The notes below the pieces were generated by a model. That model was not told the origin of the DNA. It worked only from the letters and a program-made list of their open reading frames with translations, and ran no database searches. From NCBI GenBank assembly GCA_003144275.1, contig NJBF01000003.1:90001-122000 (forward strand): a stretch of DNA of 32,000 nucleotides, given 5' to 3'. This document shows positions 1 through 9,388 of this stretch, piece by piece. The stretch's first letter is position 1, and every line of letters starts with the position of its first letter. The translations under genes were made by a program, and so were the position numbers. The DNA is from Candidatus Heimdallarchaeota archaeon B3_Heim (GTDB lineage: Archaea; Asgardarchaeota; Heimdallarchaeia; Hodarchaeales; Hodarchaeaceae).

Positions 1-2
1 AG

Positions 3-569
3 TCGAGAATATCTTGTGTATGTTTTTTTGGTGGGTCTCCAGACCCCCAATTACCATTTGCCATTCGAGTGGCTAGAAAGGCTTTGAGTAATCTTGATGA
101 GTCCAGGTCGATCTTAAGAATCTGTTGGGAATGGAATGGGTCAGGAAATGCAAAATTACTTTTAAATGCTGTAAAACTTTCGGCAAAATCGGGTGGTAAT
201 GCCAAATTTGATCTTAAATACTCATCTTCCGCATTATCTGAAGTAATAAGTGGTGTTTCAAATCAACAATCATTTCGCAACTTCAAAGCATGTTATGATA
301 AGTTCTATGCAACGAGACCAGATTATCCACTGCTGAGTGCGACGACATTATTAATACCTGGATATGTGAATGAGGATGAAGTTGAAGGTATAGCAAGTTT
401 TCTCTCCTCATTAGATAGATCTATTCCCTATTCTTTATTGATATTCCACCCTGATTCCTTCTTATCCGATTTACCGATTACACCGCGAAAACAAGTAAAA
501 AATTGTTATAAGGTTGCACAAAAATATTTAGATAACGTCCATATAGGGAACAAGCATTTACTCTACTAA
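3..569 (+). CDS. Radical SAM (PflA/COG1180-like) protein, C-terminal part; 5' end lies outside the window
   Basis: The frame is open from position 3 (SRISCVCFFGGSPDPQLPFAIRVARK...). It carries the FFGGSP, RICWEWNG, KFDLK, TTLLIPGYV and IPYSLLIFHP motifs of archaeal PflA-like radical SAM proteins. The CxxxCxxC motif would lie upstream of the window. Confidence 0.75.
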   Translation, partial: SRISCVCFFGGSPDPQLPFAIRVARKALSNLDESRSILRICWEWNGSGNAKLLLNAVKLSAKSGGNAKFDLKYSSSALSEVISGVSNQQSFRNFKACYDKFYATRPDYPLLSATTLLIPGYVNEDEVEGIASFLSSLDRSIPYSLLIFHPDSFLSDLPITPRKQVKNCYKVAQKYLDNVHIGNKHLLY

Positions 570-607
570 AATTCTTATATCGGAAATCTTATGGTTGTGA
601 TGATTAG

Positions 608-1198
608 ATGTTTCACCAGATTCCTACAGTGATTAAAGAACGAATGGAGCTATTAGAAAAAGCAGATGCAAAAGATAGACAGGATGATACTCCGAGGTTA
701 CAACGATTACGTCAAATCCCACCTGAATCGGGAAAAGCTATTTCAATATTGGCTGCATCTGCTCCTGAAGGAGAAATTGTAGAGATTGGGACGAGTGCGG
801 GATATTCAACATTATGGATCATCCTTGCTTGCCGCTACTTGGAAAAAATCGTAAAAACCTTTGAAATCCTTCCTGCAAAAATTAAACTTGCTGAAGAAAC
901 ATTTAGTAAAGCAAAAGTAGAGTCATATGTAGAATTGATTTATGGAGACGCAAGAGTCCATTTAAAAAATGTTGATAATATTTCTTTTTGCTTTTTAGAT
1001 GCTGAAAAAGAGTATTATGATGATTGCTATGACTTAATCATTCCAAAGCTTGTGAAAGGAGGATTTTTTGTCGCGGATAATGTAATAAGTCATGAAGAAG
1101 AGCTACAACCCTTTATAGAGAGAACTATGACTGATCCTAGGGTAGATACCCTTATTCTCCCGATTGGAAAGGGATTGCTACTTTCTCGAAAAATATAG
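608..1198 (+). CDS. Class I SAM-dependent O-methyltransferase (caffeoyl-CoA OMT/YrrM-like)
   Basis: EIGTSAGYSTLW SAM-binding motif, GDA, FLDAEKEYY and ADNV motifs. Confidence 0.85.
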   Translation: MFHQIPTVIKERMELLEKADAKDRQDDTPRLQRLRQIPPESGKAISILAASAPEGEIVEIGTSAGYSTLWIILACRYLEKIVKTFEILPAKIKLAEETFSKAKVESYVELIYGDARVHLKNVDNISFCFLDAEKEYYDDCYDLIIPKLVKGGFFVADNVISHEEELQPFIERTMTDPRVDTLILPIGKGLLLSRKI

Positions 1199-1218
1199 TC
1201 TTGAATTATTAGACTATT

Positions 1219-1650
1219 TCACAGGACTTCTTCAAGTATTTCAACCGTGCTAGCAACAAATTTGGGGCAGTTGTGAAAAACTTTCTTATCGTGAGCAAGC
1301 TTTCGGTTTTCAGGAGTGGTCAAATCAAATTGGATAAGTTCTTTACAATAAACTGTCCCATACTGATCCTCGAACTTTTTTAACACCTTATCTGCTATAT
1401 CATGAGCAGATCTCAGAGGTGTTGAATTGGTATCGTTCTTTCCACCATAACGTAGTCCAATCACCATTAATGCACCACTTAATGCACCGCAAATATTACC
1501 TCTCCTAGCAATTCCCCCACTGAATACTTCTGCTATCTTAAGAGCAGTTTTTTTTCCAATTCCATATTGATTTGCATAGGTAGCTAGTACGGCCTGGGAG
1601 CAATTGTCTCTTTCTTTGAACAAATTTACTGCATGTTCCACTCGTGACAT
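1219..1650 (-). CDS. C_GCAxxG_C_C family putative redox-active protein
   Basis: Four spaced Cys motifs: NCSQAV, CGALSG, CKEL, NCPKFV. Confidence 0.85.
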   Translation of the reverse strand: MSRVEHAVNLFKERDNCSQAVLATYANQYGIGKKTALKIAEVFSGGIARRGNICGALSGALMVIGLRYGGKNDTNSTPLRSAHDIADKVLKKFEDQYGTVYCKELIQFDLTTPENRKLAHDKKVFHNCPKFVASTVEILEEVL

Positions 1651-1834
1651 TTCTGGTAAGTCTCTCCTTGCATATCGGTGGTTTTGAATATCTGATTAAA
1701 GATTATTCTTTTCAGAGTTATTCAGTACTTCCGTAAGTTTGTAACCTCCACATTTCTTCTGCCAAAAGGAGTTTCAGATCAGCCAAAATCCAAAAATACT
1801 TATATTCAAGGAACAAAAGATTAGAATAATAGGA

Positions 1835-2728
1835 ATGTATACCCCCATGGTTGCCCCACAGTCACCGTTTGACTCTAAACACAAGCTTCGTGAGTTTATG
1901 ACCATATCGTTAGAAGGAATCGTGGATCTGATGAATTCTCTTGCACATCCAAAAAGGCTGGAAATGCTGATTTCCATGATAGGTGGAGACAATATCACGT
2001 TTAAGGAATTACAAGGGAAAACAGAGTTACAAAAGAGTGCACTAGCTCATCATCTGAGTGTACTAACTGATAAATCACTTATAGAGAAAAAAGAAAAGGG
2101 AATTTATCAAATAACTATTGATGGTGACGATTTACTAGAAAAAATTGCTCACAGCTTTCTTGAATCGAAGCTTAGAGAACAACAACGACTGGAGCGACTT
2201 TTACAACTGATAGGGAAAACGAGTCCCTATATCAATCAAGAGGTATCTAAAATGGGTAAAGAAAAAGAAATTTTAAAAATAGTTCAGCTCCCTAAATTGA
2301 GAGTTGTTTCCTTTCATGCGAAGGATAGTAAATCTCCCGAAGAAGAAGCTTGGAGCATGCTAGAAAATTGGGCGAAATCTAAGGGTATGTTTAATAGACC
2401 AGATATTCATCAAATATACGGGTTTAATAATCCTGACCCTACAAAGGAGCAACCTTTGTATGGATATGAATTTTGGATAACGGTCAATGATGATTTTGAA
2501 GTGGAGTCTGCGAAAACAGTTAAAACCTTTGATGGAGGTTTATACGCTGTTATGAGCTGTAGTGGGGTCGAAAATATTACTCCCACTTGGGGTAAGCTTG
2601 TTGAAAGAGTTTCAGAATCAAAATATAAGTTAGTGAAAACTCATCAATGGTTAGAACATCACGTTGATCCCCATAACACAGATCTTAATACATTTGTATT
2701 AGATCTTTATGCTCCCATTACTGAATAG
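1835..2728 (+). CDS. ArsR-type wHTH regulator fused to a GyrI-like effector-binding domain (start may be ATG 1898)
   Basis: N-terminal LAHPKRLEML...LAHHLSVL...GIYQIT (ArsR wHTH). C-terminal IYGFNNPDP...YGYEFWITV...GGLYAV...WLE (GyrI-like). Confidence 0.85.
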   Translation: MYTPMVAPQSPFDSKHKLREFMTISLEGIVDLMNSLAHPKRLEMLISMIGGDNITFKELQGKTELQKSALAHHLSVLTDKSLIEKKEKGIYQITIDGDDLLEKIAHSFLESKLREQQRLERLLQLIGKTSPYINQEVSKMGKEKEILKIVQLPKLRVVSFHAKDSKSPEEEAWSMLENWAKSKGMFNRPDIHQIYGFNNPDPTKEQPLYGYEFWITVNDDFEVESAKTVKTFDGGLYAVMSCSGVENITPTWGKLVERVSESKYKLVKTHQWLEHHVDPHNTDLNTFVLDLYAPITE

Positions 2729-2759
2729 GATTCTTCTTTTCAGAATCCTTCCTTTTTTT
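2727..2759 (+). terminator. Hairpin plus U-tract terminator
   Basis: AGGATTCT (2727-2734) pairs with AGAATCCT (2742-2749), followed by CCTTTTTTT. It lies between convergent genes. Confidence 0.6.
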
Positions 2760-2785
2760 ATTCGTAATGAACAAGTCTACAACTC

Positions 2786-3379
2786 TTAAGGTGATAGGTA
2801 TTTATTCTTGAATATTAAAGCGCTAATAGCAAGTATACCGAAAAGGGTTATTATCGCATTGAATCCATCCAATCCTTTTGGTGTAGTGCTCTTTGTCTCT
2901 GAAGTAGGAAATGAGTCAAATGCGGTATTAAGAAATTGATAGTTACCACTTCCACTTTCTGTTGTGTCTGCTAACTCATAGTAAAAGTTAATTGGGGAAG
3001 CTTCACATGAGCAGACAACAGATCGATATATATAACTGTGGTTATAGAGGAAAGTACGAGTCTGACCAGGTGCTATGATGAATTCATTCTCACCAGAAAT
3101 AGTAGAAATCCCAGAATTATGAAAAAGTGTGAAAACGAAATTAGAACTAGAATTAGTATCTACACTGATAGTTAAACTCCATTTAATATCTTTAACGTAG
3201 GCCTGATAATAATCATTGAGCAGTAATTTCTTTTCATTATTATCAGATATGTAAAAAGATCCGAATTCACCTACTGGATCAGTGGTTTCATCCACTACTA
3301 AAGCCATAGACATTTGACTAAAATTAAGTAAAAAAATAGCAAATAGAATACCCGAAACAATTTTTTTCTCAAGGTTCAT
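2786..3379 (-). CDS. Secreted/surface protein with C-terminal membrane anchor (PGF/Heimdall-CTERM-like tail)
   Basis: N-terminal signal peptide; Ser/Thr linker followed by DGF + hydrophobic helix + basic tail (KGLDGFNAIITLFGILAISALIFKNKY); CSC motif in the ectodomain. Confidence 0.7.
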   Translation of the reverse strand: MNLEKKIVSGILFAIFLLNFSQMSMALVVDETTDPVGEFGSFYISDNNEKKLLLNDYYQAYVKDIKWSLTISVDTNSSSNFVFTLFHNSGISTISGENEFIIAPGQTRTFLYNHSYIYRSVVCSCEASPINFYYELADTTESGSGNYQFLNTAFDSFPTSETKSTTPKGLDGFNAIITLFGILAISALIFKNKYLSP

Positions 3380-3404
3380 CTCAAGTCGTACTTTGTGTTT
3401 TTTG

Positions 3405-3429
3405 TATTAAAGTCAATCTCTTTGACTTT
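3405..3429 (-). promoter_or_regulatory. TATA box overlapped by a perfect 8-5-8 inverted repeat (candidate operator)
   Basis: AAAGTCAA-tctct-TTGACTTT at 3409-3429. Minus-strand TTTAATA at 3411-3405, about 26 bp upstream of ATG 3379. Confidence 0.5.
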
Positions 3430-3611
3430 CGCATCTATTCTTCTTTAATGCGTCAACGCTGGTTAAATTACTTCCGAGATACTTTGGATGGGAAACATAA
3501 ATATGTCTAGTGAATGGTACGGGGTTAAAGTGGGAAGAATGTTGGATAGGATCAAGTAAATATGGTGAAGAAAGTGGGATTCATAATAAAACTTTGAAAT
3601 AATTCCCAATT

Positions 3612-4940
3612 TTAATTTCTGACTTTTTTAATCATTTTAGAGACAAAAAAACCGATAGTATGATGGTCTGCTGGTAAAAATCGGCCACTCCCTTTCATGG
3701 TTGAACCATCAATCGTATAGCTTGGAGGTAGCCAAGAGGGCGTATCTGCAAATTTTACCTGATCATCCAGTATCTTTTTTATTTGATACTCTCCTTCCTC
3801 AGGATAAAGGCTGCATGTTGAGTAAACAAGAGTCCCTCCTTCTTTTAGAAGGCTGAGAGCACTCTTCAAGAGTTTTTCCTGAAGTACGATATGCCTATTT
3901 AAAAACTGTCCACTTTGTTTCCACTTTAACACGGGATTAGCAGTAAAGGTTCCACTGCCAGTACAAGGAGCATCAAGAAGAATCTTATCAAATAATTTGT
4001 TTCGTAAGGGGGGTTGTATACCATCCCATTGTACGAACCCGACATTGGTTACTCCAACTGACTTCAGTAATGATACCATTTCATTTGTCCGGTTGTGGTG
4101 AAAATCCCCAGCCACAACAAATGCCTTATCACTTGTTTGCTGAGAAATCAAGCTTGTCTTGATACCTGGAGCGGCACACAAATCACACACTATTTCGTTT
4201 GGTTGAGGATCAAGGAGTAGAACAGAAGAAAAAGATGCTTTATCCTGGATGATTATCATCTTCTTCCGATAATATTTGCTTTTGAGAATTTTCGATTTAT
4301 CCCTTACGCTTGCTTGTAGGACTAGAGGAAAATTTTCGTCTGATCGTACCTTTACTCCGATTTTACTGAAATCTGCATTAATTTTTGCTGTTAATTCTGA
4401 AAATGGTACAGTAGATTTAATTAAATTATTAACTCGAAAATAAAAAATTCCTTTTCTGGCTCTTTCATCCATAGCTGTAACATTTTCTTTAATGCTCTTG
4501 TAATCCATGACGGGTAATAACGTGTTAATTGTAAAGGTAGGAATGGCATGTTTTATACTTAATTTTTCGGTTGTTGCCTTTTTCTGAAGAGCAATATCCC
4601 ATTTGAATGAAGAGAGCTTCTTATAGAAAGAATGTACCAGATTTCTATCTGAAAATTCTTCATTTTTGCTTATTTCCTTGATTACACTTGAGAATTGCGC
4701 TTCCTCCCAAAAATACCGATACGTAATGTAAAGACAAGCCTCAATCTTTAAAATATCCCTCATACCGTCTTTTTGTAAGGATCTAAGCGTTTTTTTGGCA
4801 ATAAAGTTCAGATGGTTCCAATATCGAATAATTTCTGTAAGATAATGATGATAAGCAAGGCTATGTTTTGTGGAAATCTTGTTGAGATTGAGATCTTCAG
4901 AATTTGACGCCCATTGCCTAATTAATTCCACGATATTCAT
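3612..4940 (-). CDS. RsmB/NOP2/NSUN family RNA m5C methyltransferase
   Basis: DLCAAPGIKT (motif I), LDAPCTGSG (motif IV) and YSTCS (motif VI), with both catalytic Cys present; helical NusB-like N-terminus. Confidence 0.9.
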   Translation of the reverse strand: MNIVELIRQWASNSEDLNLNKISTKHSLAYHHYLTEIIRYWNHLNFIAKKTLRSLQKDGMRDILKIEACLYITYRYFWEEAQFSSVIKEISKNEEFSDRNLVHSFYKKLSSFKWDIALQKKATTEKLSIKHAIPTFTINTLLPVMDYKSIKENVTAMDERARKGIFYFRVNNLIKSTVPFSELTAKINADFSKIGVKVRSDENFPLVLQASVRDKSKILKSKYYRKKMIIIQDKASFSSVLLLDPQPNEIVCDLCAAPGIKTSLISQQTSDKAFVVAGDFHHNRTNEMVSLLKSVGVTNVGFVQWDGIQPPLRNKLFDKILLDAPCTGSGTFTANPVLKWKQSGQFLNRHIVLQEKLLKSALSLLKEGGTLVYSTCSLYPEEGEYQIKKILDDQVKFADTPSWLPPSYTIDGSTMKGSGRFLPADHHTIGFFVSKMIKKVRN

Positions 4941-4971
4941 GTGAACATCAAAAGAATTGCTACATGGACTT

Positions 4972-4979
4972 ATTATATA
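4972..4979 (-). promoter_or_regulatory. TATA box for the RsmB-family gene
   Basis: TATATAAT on the minus strand 32-39 bp upstream of ATG 4940, preceded by purine-rich sequence. Confidence 0.4.
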
Positions 4980-5058
4980 TCTCTACTCTAATTTAATTAA
5001 AACTCATGAATACAAATTTTAATTCGAAAAAGTAAACTAGATTTGGATACTGAGGTTT

Positions 5059-6885
5059 TCAGCTTAAAGAACTAATAAATCGTGTAATGTATCTTTCTAC
5101 GAGTATTGATATCATAATAAAAGAAAGAGTAAGTACAAACCATGAAGAAAATGATGGAAGAGTTGGTTGAGGTAATAATAGAGAATAAGAGGTGCTGAAT
5201 CCAAGTAAAAGACCCGAAAAAATCCCTTGAAGACTAACAAATATGTTTATCCAGATAATAATTCGTTTCATTACCTTAGCTTTACAACCGAGGACTCGCA
5301 TAATGTATAGATCTTTTTTTAGAATTATAATATAGAGACTCGAAAACGCAACTAATGATAAACCTATAGAAAGAATCACAGGCAAAAACACAATATTTGA
5401 GATCATCCAGAATTGATCACTAAACGATTGGTAAATTTCAGCAAAAGAACTCAAATAGAAATAATCAAGATCTAATGCTTTTACCATATCTAGAATGTCT
5501 GAACTAGGATTTTTGATAAAAACAACATTTCGCTGCGAATTATTAATATGCCAACTCAAGTCCGATAATGAGTTAATATGAATATAACAACAGAATCCTT
5601 TGGCAAATGGATCCAGTAGAACTCTTTGTACCTCAAATCTTTGCAGTTCGAGTTCTACTCCATTAATCATTTTCGGGATCGCTTTCATTACTCCTTGATT
5701 GATAACGAACTGGTGGTACCCATCCGCCATAAACATATAGTTCTGGTTTGGATAAGAGGATGAACCACCAACTGAATAGTAACTAAAAATATTCGAGAAG
5801 GATGAATCAACTCCCCAGATATAACTATTGAATATACTACTTACCGATGAAATGACATCATTGACCTCTCGAAGAGCTTCTAATAGACGGATGGTTCCTA
5901 TCGTCAGTAACCTTGATTCGAAGATCGTTTCAGGCGGTAAAATACTAAGAAATTCTTCTGGAATAAATTCATCCGCAAAATTTGTAGGAGGACTAAAGCT
6001 AAGTTTTTCATAAGGATCATAACATTTCTTTACAATATAGGAGAAAGAAGGAGAGGGAGTGATAACAATAACATCTCTCCCTCCATATCCACGATCCACA
6101 TAGGAATCAGCTGTATTTTGAATTATAGAACCTCCTAATATTCCGAAAGAAGAAATTAACGTTAAAACAAGAATACCTATAATCATAATTCGTGAAACCA
6201 ATCTAGCGCGTGTTTGAAGAAGATGTCCTAATCGAAAAGCAGTTCTCTTCTTGGTAGAAATTCCCCATATTCTGTTCGGGTTTGTAGGTGTGACAACGTA
6301 CTGACTATCTAAAATTTCACGAAATTTTTTTCTGATTAATACGTTTACAAAGAACCCTGCTGCAAAATAAGTTCCGATTGCAGAAAAAAATAAAAATCCT
6401 ATTGAAAAAATGATGAGTTCCACTAAAGATAAGTGTATGATTGAAAAACCTAAGAACGAAAGGAGAACAAAACCCAAAACAGATCCTTCTATAATTCCTA
6501 CTATCCCTCCGATCGTTGTGATAATAAATATCTCTGCGAGTGGTATTCGGTTAATCTGCTTGAAAGTTCCTCCTAGGGATTGGAAAACGGCTAAATCGTT
6601 CATTCTCGATACTGCAAGCAAAGAAGCAAGAACGCTTGCCGAAATAATGGATGCTAGAAATGAAAACAACGTTAAAAATGTCAGGTACGAATCCATGATG
6701 CGAATGATTGATCCGTTAAACATTTGTGTGGCTTCTTCAACTTGTAAATGTAGAACAGAAGATATAAGGAAGATATTGATACCTGTAGCCACTAGTAATG
6801 AATGTGTAATGATATAGAGAAAAGATCTCTCTCGTTTCCTAGTAACATCTTTCCAAGCTATGCTAAGAGAGCCCATTTTTTTCAC
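5059..6885 (-). CDS. FtsX/MacB-like ABC exporter permease (two FtsX-type TM clusters)
   Basis: TM clusters ending in RMNDLAVFQSLGG and KKDLYIMRVLGC (FtsX-type motifs), with a large extracytoplasmic loop between them; overlaps the ATPase gene by 23 nt. Confidence 0.8.
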   Translation of the reverse strand: MKKMGSLSIAWKDVTRKRERSFLYIITHSLLVATGINIFLISSVLHLQVEEATQMFNGSIIRIMDSYLTFLTLFSFLASIISASVLASLLAVSRMNDLAVFQSLGGTFKQINRIPLAEIFIITTIGGIVGIIEGSVLGFVLLSFLGFSIIHLSLVELIIFSIGFLFFSAIGTYFAAGFFVNVLIRKKFREILDSQYVVTPTNPNRIWGISTKKRTAFRLGHLLQTRARLVSRIMIIGILVLTLISSFGILGGSIIQNTADSYVDRGYGGRDVIVITPSPSFSYIVKKCYDPYEKLSFSPPTNFADEFIPEEFLSILPPETIFESRLLTIGTIRLLEALREVNDVISSVSSIFNSYIWGVDSSFSNIFSYYSVGGSSSYPNQNYMFMADGYHQFVINQGVMKAIPKMINGVELELQRFEVQRVLLDPFAKGFCCYIHINSLSDLSWHINNSQRNVVFIKNPSSDILDMVKALDLDYFYLSSFAEIYQSFSDQFWMISNIVFLPVILSIGLSLVAFSSLYIIILKKDLYIMRVLGCKAKVMKRIIIWINIFVSLQGIFSGLLLGFSTSYSLLLPQPTLPSFSSWFVLTLSFIMISILVERYITRFISSLS

Positions 6886-7561
6886 GTAATCTCAAGTTCT
6901 CTGGAACGAAAATTCGATCTGCCTGTGGAAATATGTCACGAGAGTGAGTAACTACGAGAATAGTTTTTTCACCTTTAAGCTGTGCAAGCTTCTGAAAGAT
7001 AGCGGCCTTAGTTCTCTCGTCTTGGTTTGCTGTTGGTTCATCAACAAGTAGAATTTGAGGATCTAAAATTAAAGCACGAATAAATGCCACACGTTGATAT
7101 TCTCCTCCGCTAATCATCCGTGGAAGTGAATGAGCTCGATGTGCCATGTAAAATTCTTCTAGTAAATCCCACGCGCGTTTTTCATAATCCTTTTCCTCTC
7201 TCTGGGCTAATTCAACGGGAAGTAAGATATTTTCCAGCACCGTGAGTGTTTCTATCAAATGGCCGAGTTGAAAAACTAGGCCAATAGTTGAGGAACGGAA
7301 TAAGGCGAGAGATTCTTCATTAAAATCGTTAATATTATGATCAAATACGCGCACTGTACCTTGATCGACTCGTGTTAGTCCTGCAATAATCTGTAGAATG
7401 GTAGTTTTTCCACAACCACTCGGACCTGTAAACACAACAAATTCATTCTCATTACATTGAAATTCTAGGCCTTTAAATAGTTCTATTTTTTCTTTTCCTA
7501 CTTTAAAGTGTTTGCTAATGGTTTTTAGTTCAATTATTGGAGTAGGAGAGGAAAGTTGCAA
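6863..7561 (-). CDS. ABC ATP-binding protein, LolD/MacB type
   Basis: Walker A GPSGCGKTT, Q-loop LVFQ, signature ISGGEYQRVA, Walker B LVDEPT, H-loop VTHS. Confidence 0.93.
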   Translation of the reverse strand: MQLSSPTPIIELKTISKHFKVGKEKIELFKGLEFQCNENEFVVFTGPSGCGKTTILQIIAGLTRVDQGTVRVFDHNINDFNEESLALFRSSTIGLVFQLGHLIETLTVLENILLPVELAQREEKDYEKRAWDLLEEFYMAHRAHSLPRMISGGEYQRVAFIRALILDPQILLVDEPTANQDERTKAAIFQKLAQLKGEKTILVVTHSRDIFPQADRIFVPENLRLREKNGLS

Positions 7562-7748
7562 TTCTATTACCTTTTTTTGTGTAAGAATTCAATTTATAAC
7601 TTATTTAACCTTTGTGGTACAATACTAAGTTCTATCACATTCCTTGTTGTAGGTGTGGGAATATTTATTCCTAGTACAATTTTTGAACCAAAATTTGCCT
7701 TTGGAGAAATAATTAAAAGGAGTAGTAGCATTTTGTCAATTGTGGGTG

Positions 7749-8570
7749 ATGAGAATTCCTCAAAAAAGGGTCTGGCAATATCTTTCTATTTTTACATTAT
7801 TTTTCATGATAAGTTATTCCTTTGTTACTGTTTTTGAGAATCCGTCCTTAGATCTATCTTCTTCTGACTCCAATCCTGAATTTCTTGTATTTTCCCTAAA
7901 ACTAGGTATTTCTTACGGGACCCATCCATTAATAGATGTTGGAAGTTTTTCCCATATGAGTAACGGTGCTCAGCATTCGATTGTCGTTATCAGTAGGCCT
8001 GATCAATCTACATTAGTTCTTGATTCATTTTTGAAGTCTTTTGACATTCTTAGTGATATATCTTGTGTCTTATTAGGAACTCTGTCCTATCAGCTATACA
8101 AACTTCTCTATTCTTCTAAAACGAAAAAGGATTGGGGAAACAACAAATCTCTAATTAGAACTACTATAACATTGAACCCAGGAATTTCATTACGCGGCTT
8201 ATCCCGTACTTCCGGATTAGCAATGGGTTCTACTCAATACTGGGTTCGGATTTTAGCACAAGAAAATTACATTGACATGGTTTCAGTTGGTAAATCGAAT
8301 CACTATTTTACACGAGAGCAGGATTTTTCTCTCAACGAGAAGCTGTATTATTCCCTTATACAAAATAAAAGAATATACGAAATCCTTAGTTTGCTGAACG
8401 ACAATCCCAGTATACGAACGCAAAAGGCTCTGTGCACAAGACTTGGATACAACAAATCGTTATTGTCGTATTATATTAAAATCTTGAAAAATTATAATAT
8501 TGTTGAGTCAGAATCTCAGGACTTACTAATTGCCAAGGATTTCAAAAGTTATCTTGACAATAAAGCTTAA
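7749..8570 (+). CDS. Membrane-anchored winged-helix transcriptional regulator (two TM segments plus tandem wHTH)
   Basis: Hydrophobic segments at the N-terminus and near CVLLGTLSYQLY; C-terminal NPGISLRGLSR...TQYWVRIL and NPSIRTQKALC...LSYYIKIL repeats. ATG 7749 is preferred over TTG 7740. Confidence 0.75.
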   Translation: MRIPQKRVWQYLSIFTLFFMISYSFVTVFENPSLDLSSSDSNPEFLVFSLKLGISYGTHPLIDVGSFSHMSNGAQHSIVVISRPDQSTLVLDSFLKSFDILSDISCVLLGTLSYQLYKLLYSSKTKKDWGNNKSLIRTTITLNPGISLRGLSRTSGLAMGSTQYWVRILAQENYIDMVSVGKSNHYFTREQDFSLNEKLYYSLIQNKRIYEILSLLNDNPSIRTQKALCTRLGYNKSLLSYYIKILKNYNIVESESQDLLIAKDFKSYLDNKA

Positions 8571-9301
8571 TATTGTCGTGTGAATACATGGGCATTTTTT
8601 TTCTTTCCTACACGTTCGAGGAGACCTAATTGACACAATGAATAGGTCATTTGTCCTGGGAGTCGCCAATTACGTCGAGACTTCTTCTTAAAGTTTAAGC
8701 TATTATGCAAATCCTGATTTGTGAACAAAGAGGGCAATTCATCAGGAAGAAGTTTGTAAAAATCCTCCGCTGTTCTGATCTTATAGGTTGAATCGACACG
8801 GACTAAATCACGGTTGGCTACTCGAAATCGTCGTCTTCCACTTCGTTGAGAATAACCAGTAAATTCTCGAATTAAATGTTCATATATCATCAAAATATCA
8901 AATTGAAGACGATTTTGATATCCAACTTTAAAATGAACCAAATGTTCAAAGAATTGATAAACAGTGGAATATAAGTTCCGATATGAGGTTGAGAGAACCT
9001 CATCTCCATTCAGTCGTGTCACTTTTTGTTTATATACGATGGGATGTATAATCCTAATACGGTAGTTAGTTGAATCCAATAATATTTGAATTTTTTGAGA
9101 GAAACGTCCTCCGAAACTGGCTCTTTGAATTTCAAAAATTATCGTTTCATCATCATTTAACAAATCAAACCGAAATTTTCTCCCATTAATGTTTTGTGTT
9201 ACTTCTTTTTTCACATTTTCGCTATTATCGTAAAGGGCTTTTATTTTGTGATGTAGAAGAGTCTCATTACGTTTTGGAGATGAAATTCGTGTGGACTTCA
9301 A
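8567..9301 (-). CDS. Uncharacterised PD-(D/E)XK-like nuclease-fold protein with a C-terminal HTH
   Basis: LLHHKIK..KEV..RFDLL..IFEIQ pattern (E...D...ExQ); C-terminal LPSLFTNQDL...YSLCQLGLLERVGKKKNA resembles a widespread bacterial hypothetical family. Confidence 0.55.
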   Translation of the reverse strand: MKSTRISSPKRNETLLHHKIKALYDNSENVKKEVTQNINGRKFRFDLLNDDETIIFEIQRASFGGRFSQKIQILLDSTNYRIRIIHPIVYKQKVTRLNGDEVLSTSYRNLYSTVYQFFEHLVHFKVGYQNRLQFDILMIYEHLIREFTGYSQRSGRRRFRVANRDLVRVDSTYKIRTAEDFYKLLPDELPSLFTNQDLHNSLNFKKKSRRNWRLPGQMTYSLCQLGLLERVGKKKNAHVFTRQY

Positions 9302-9388
9302 TTTGCCTCGAACCCAATGAGAAAAAGTTCAACTAGAAAAGATAAATAGTTTCTTCTAGCTAAGAATGCTATTTTGTGGACGAAAACC

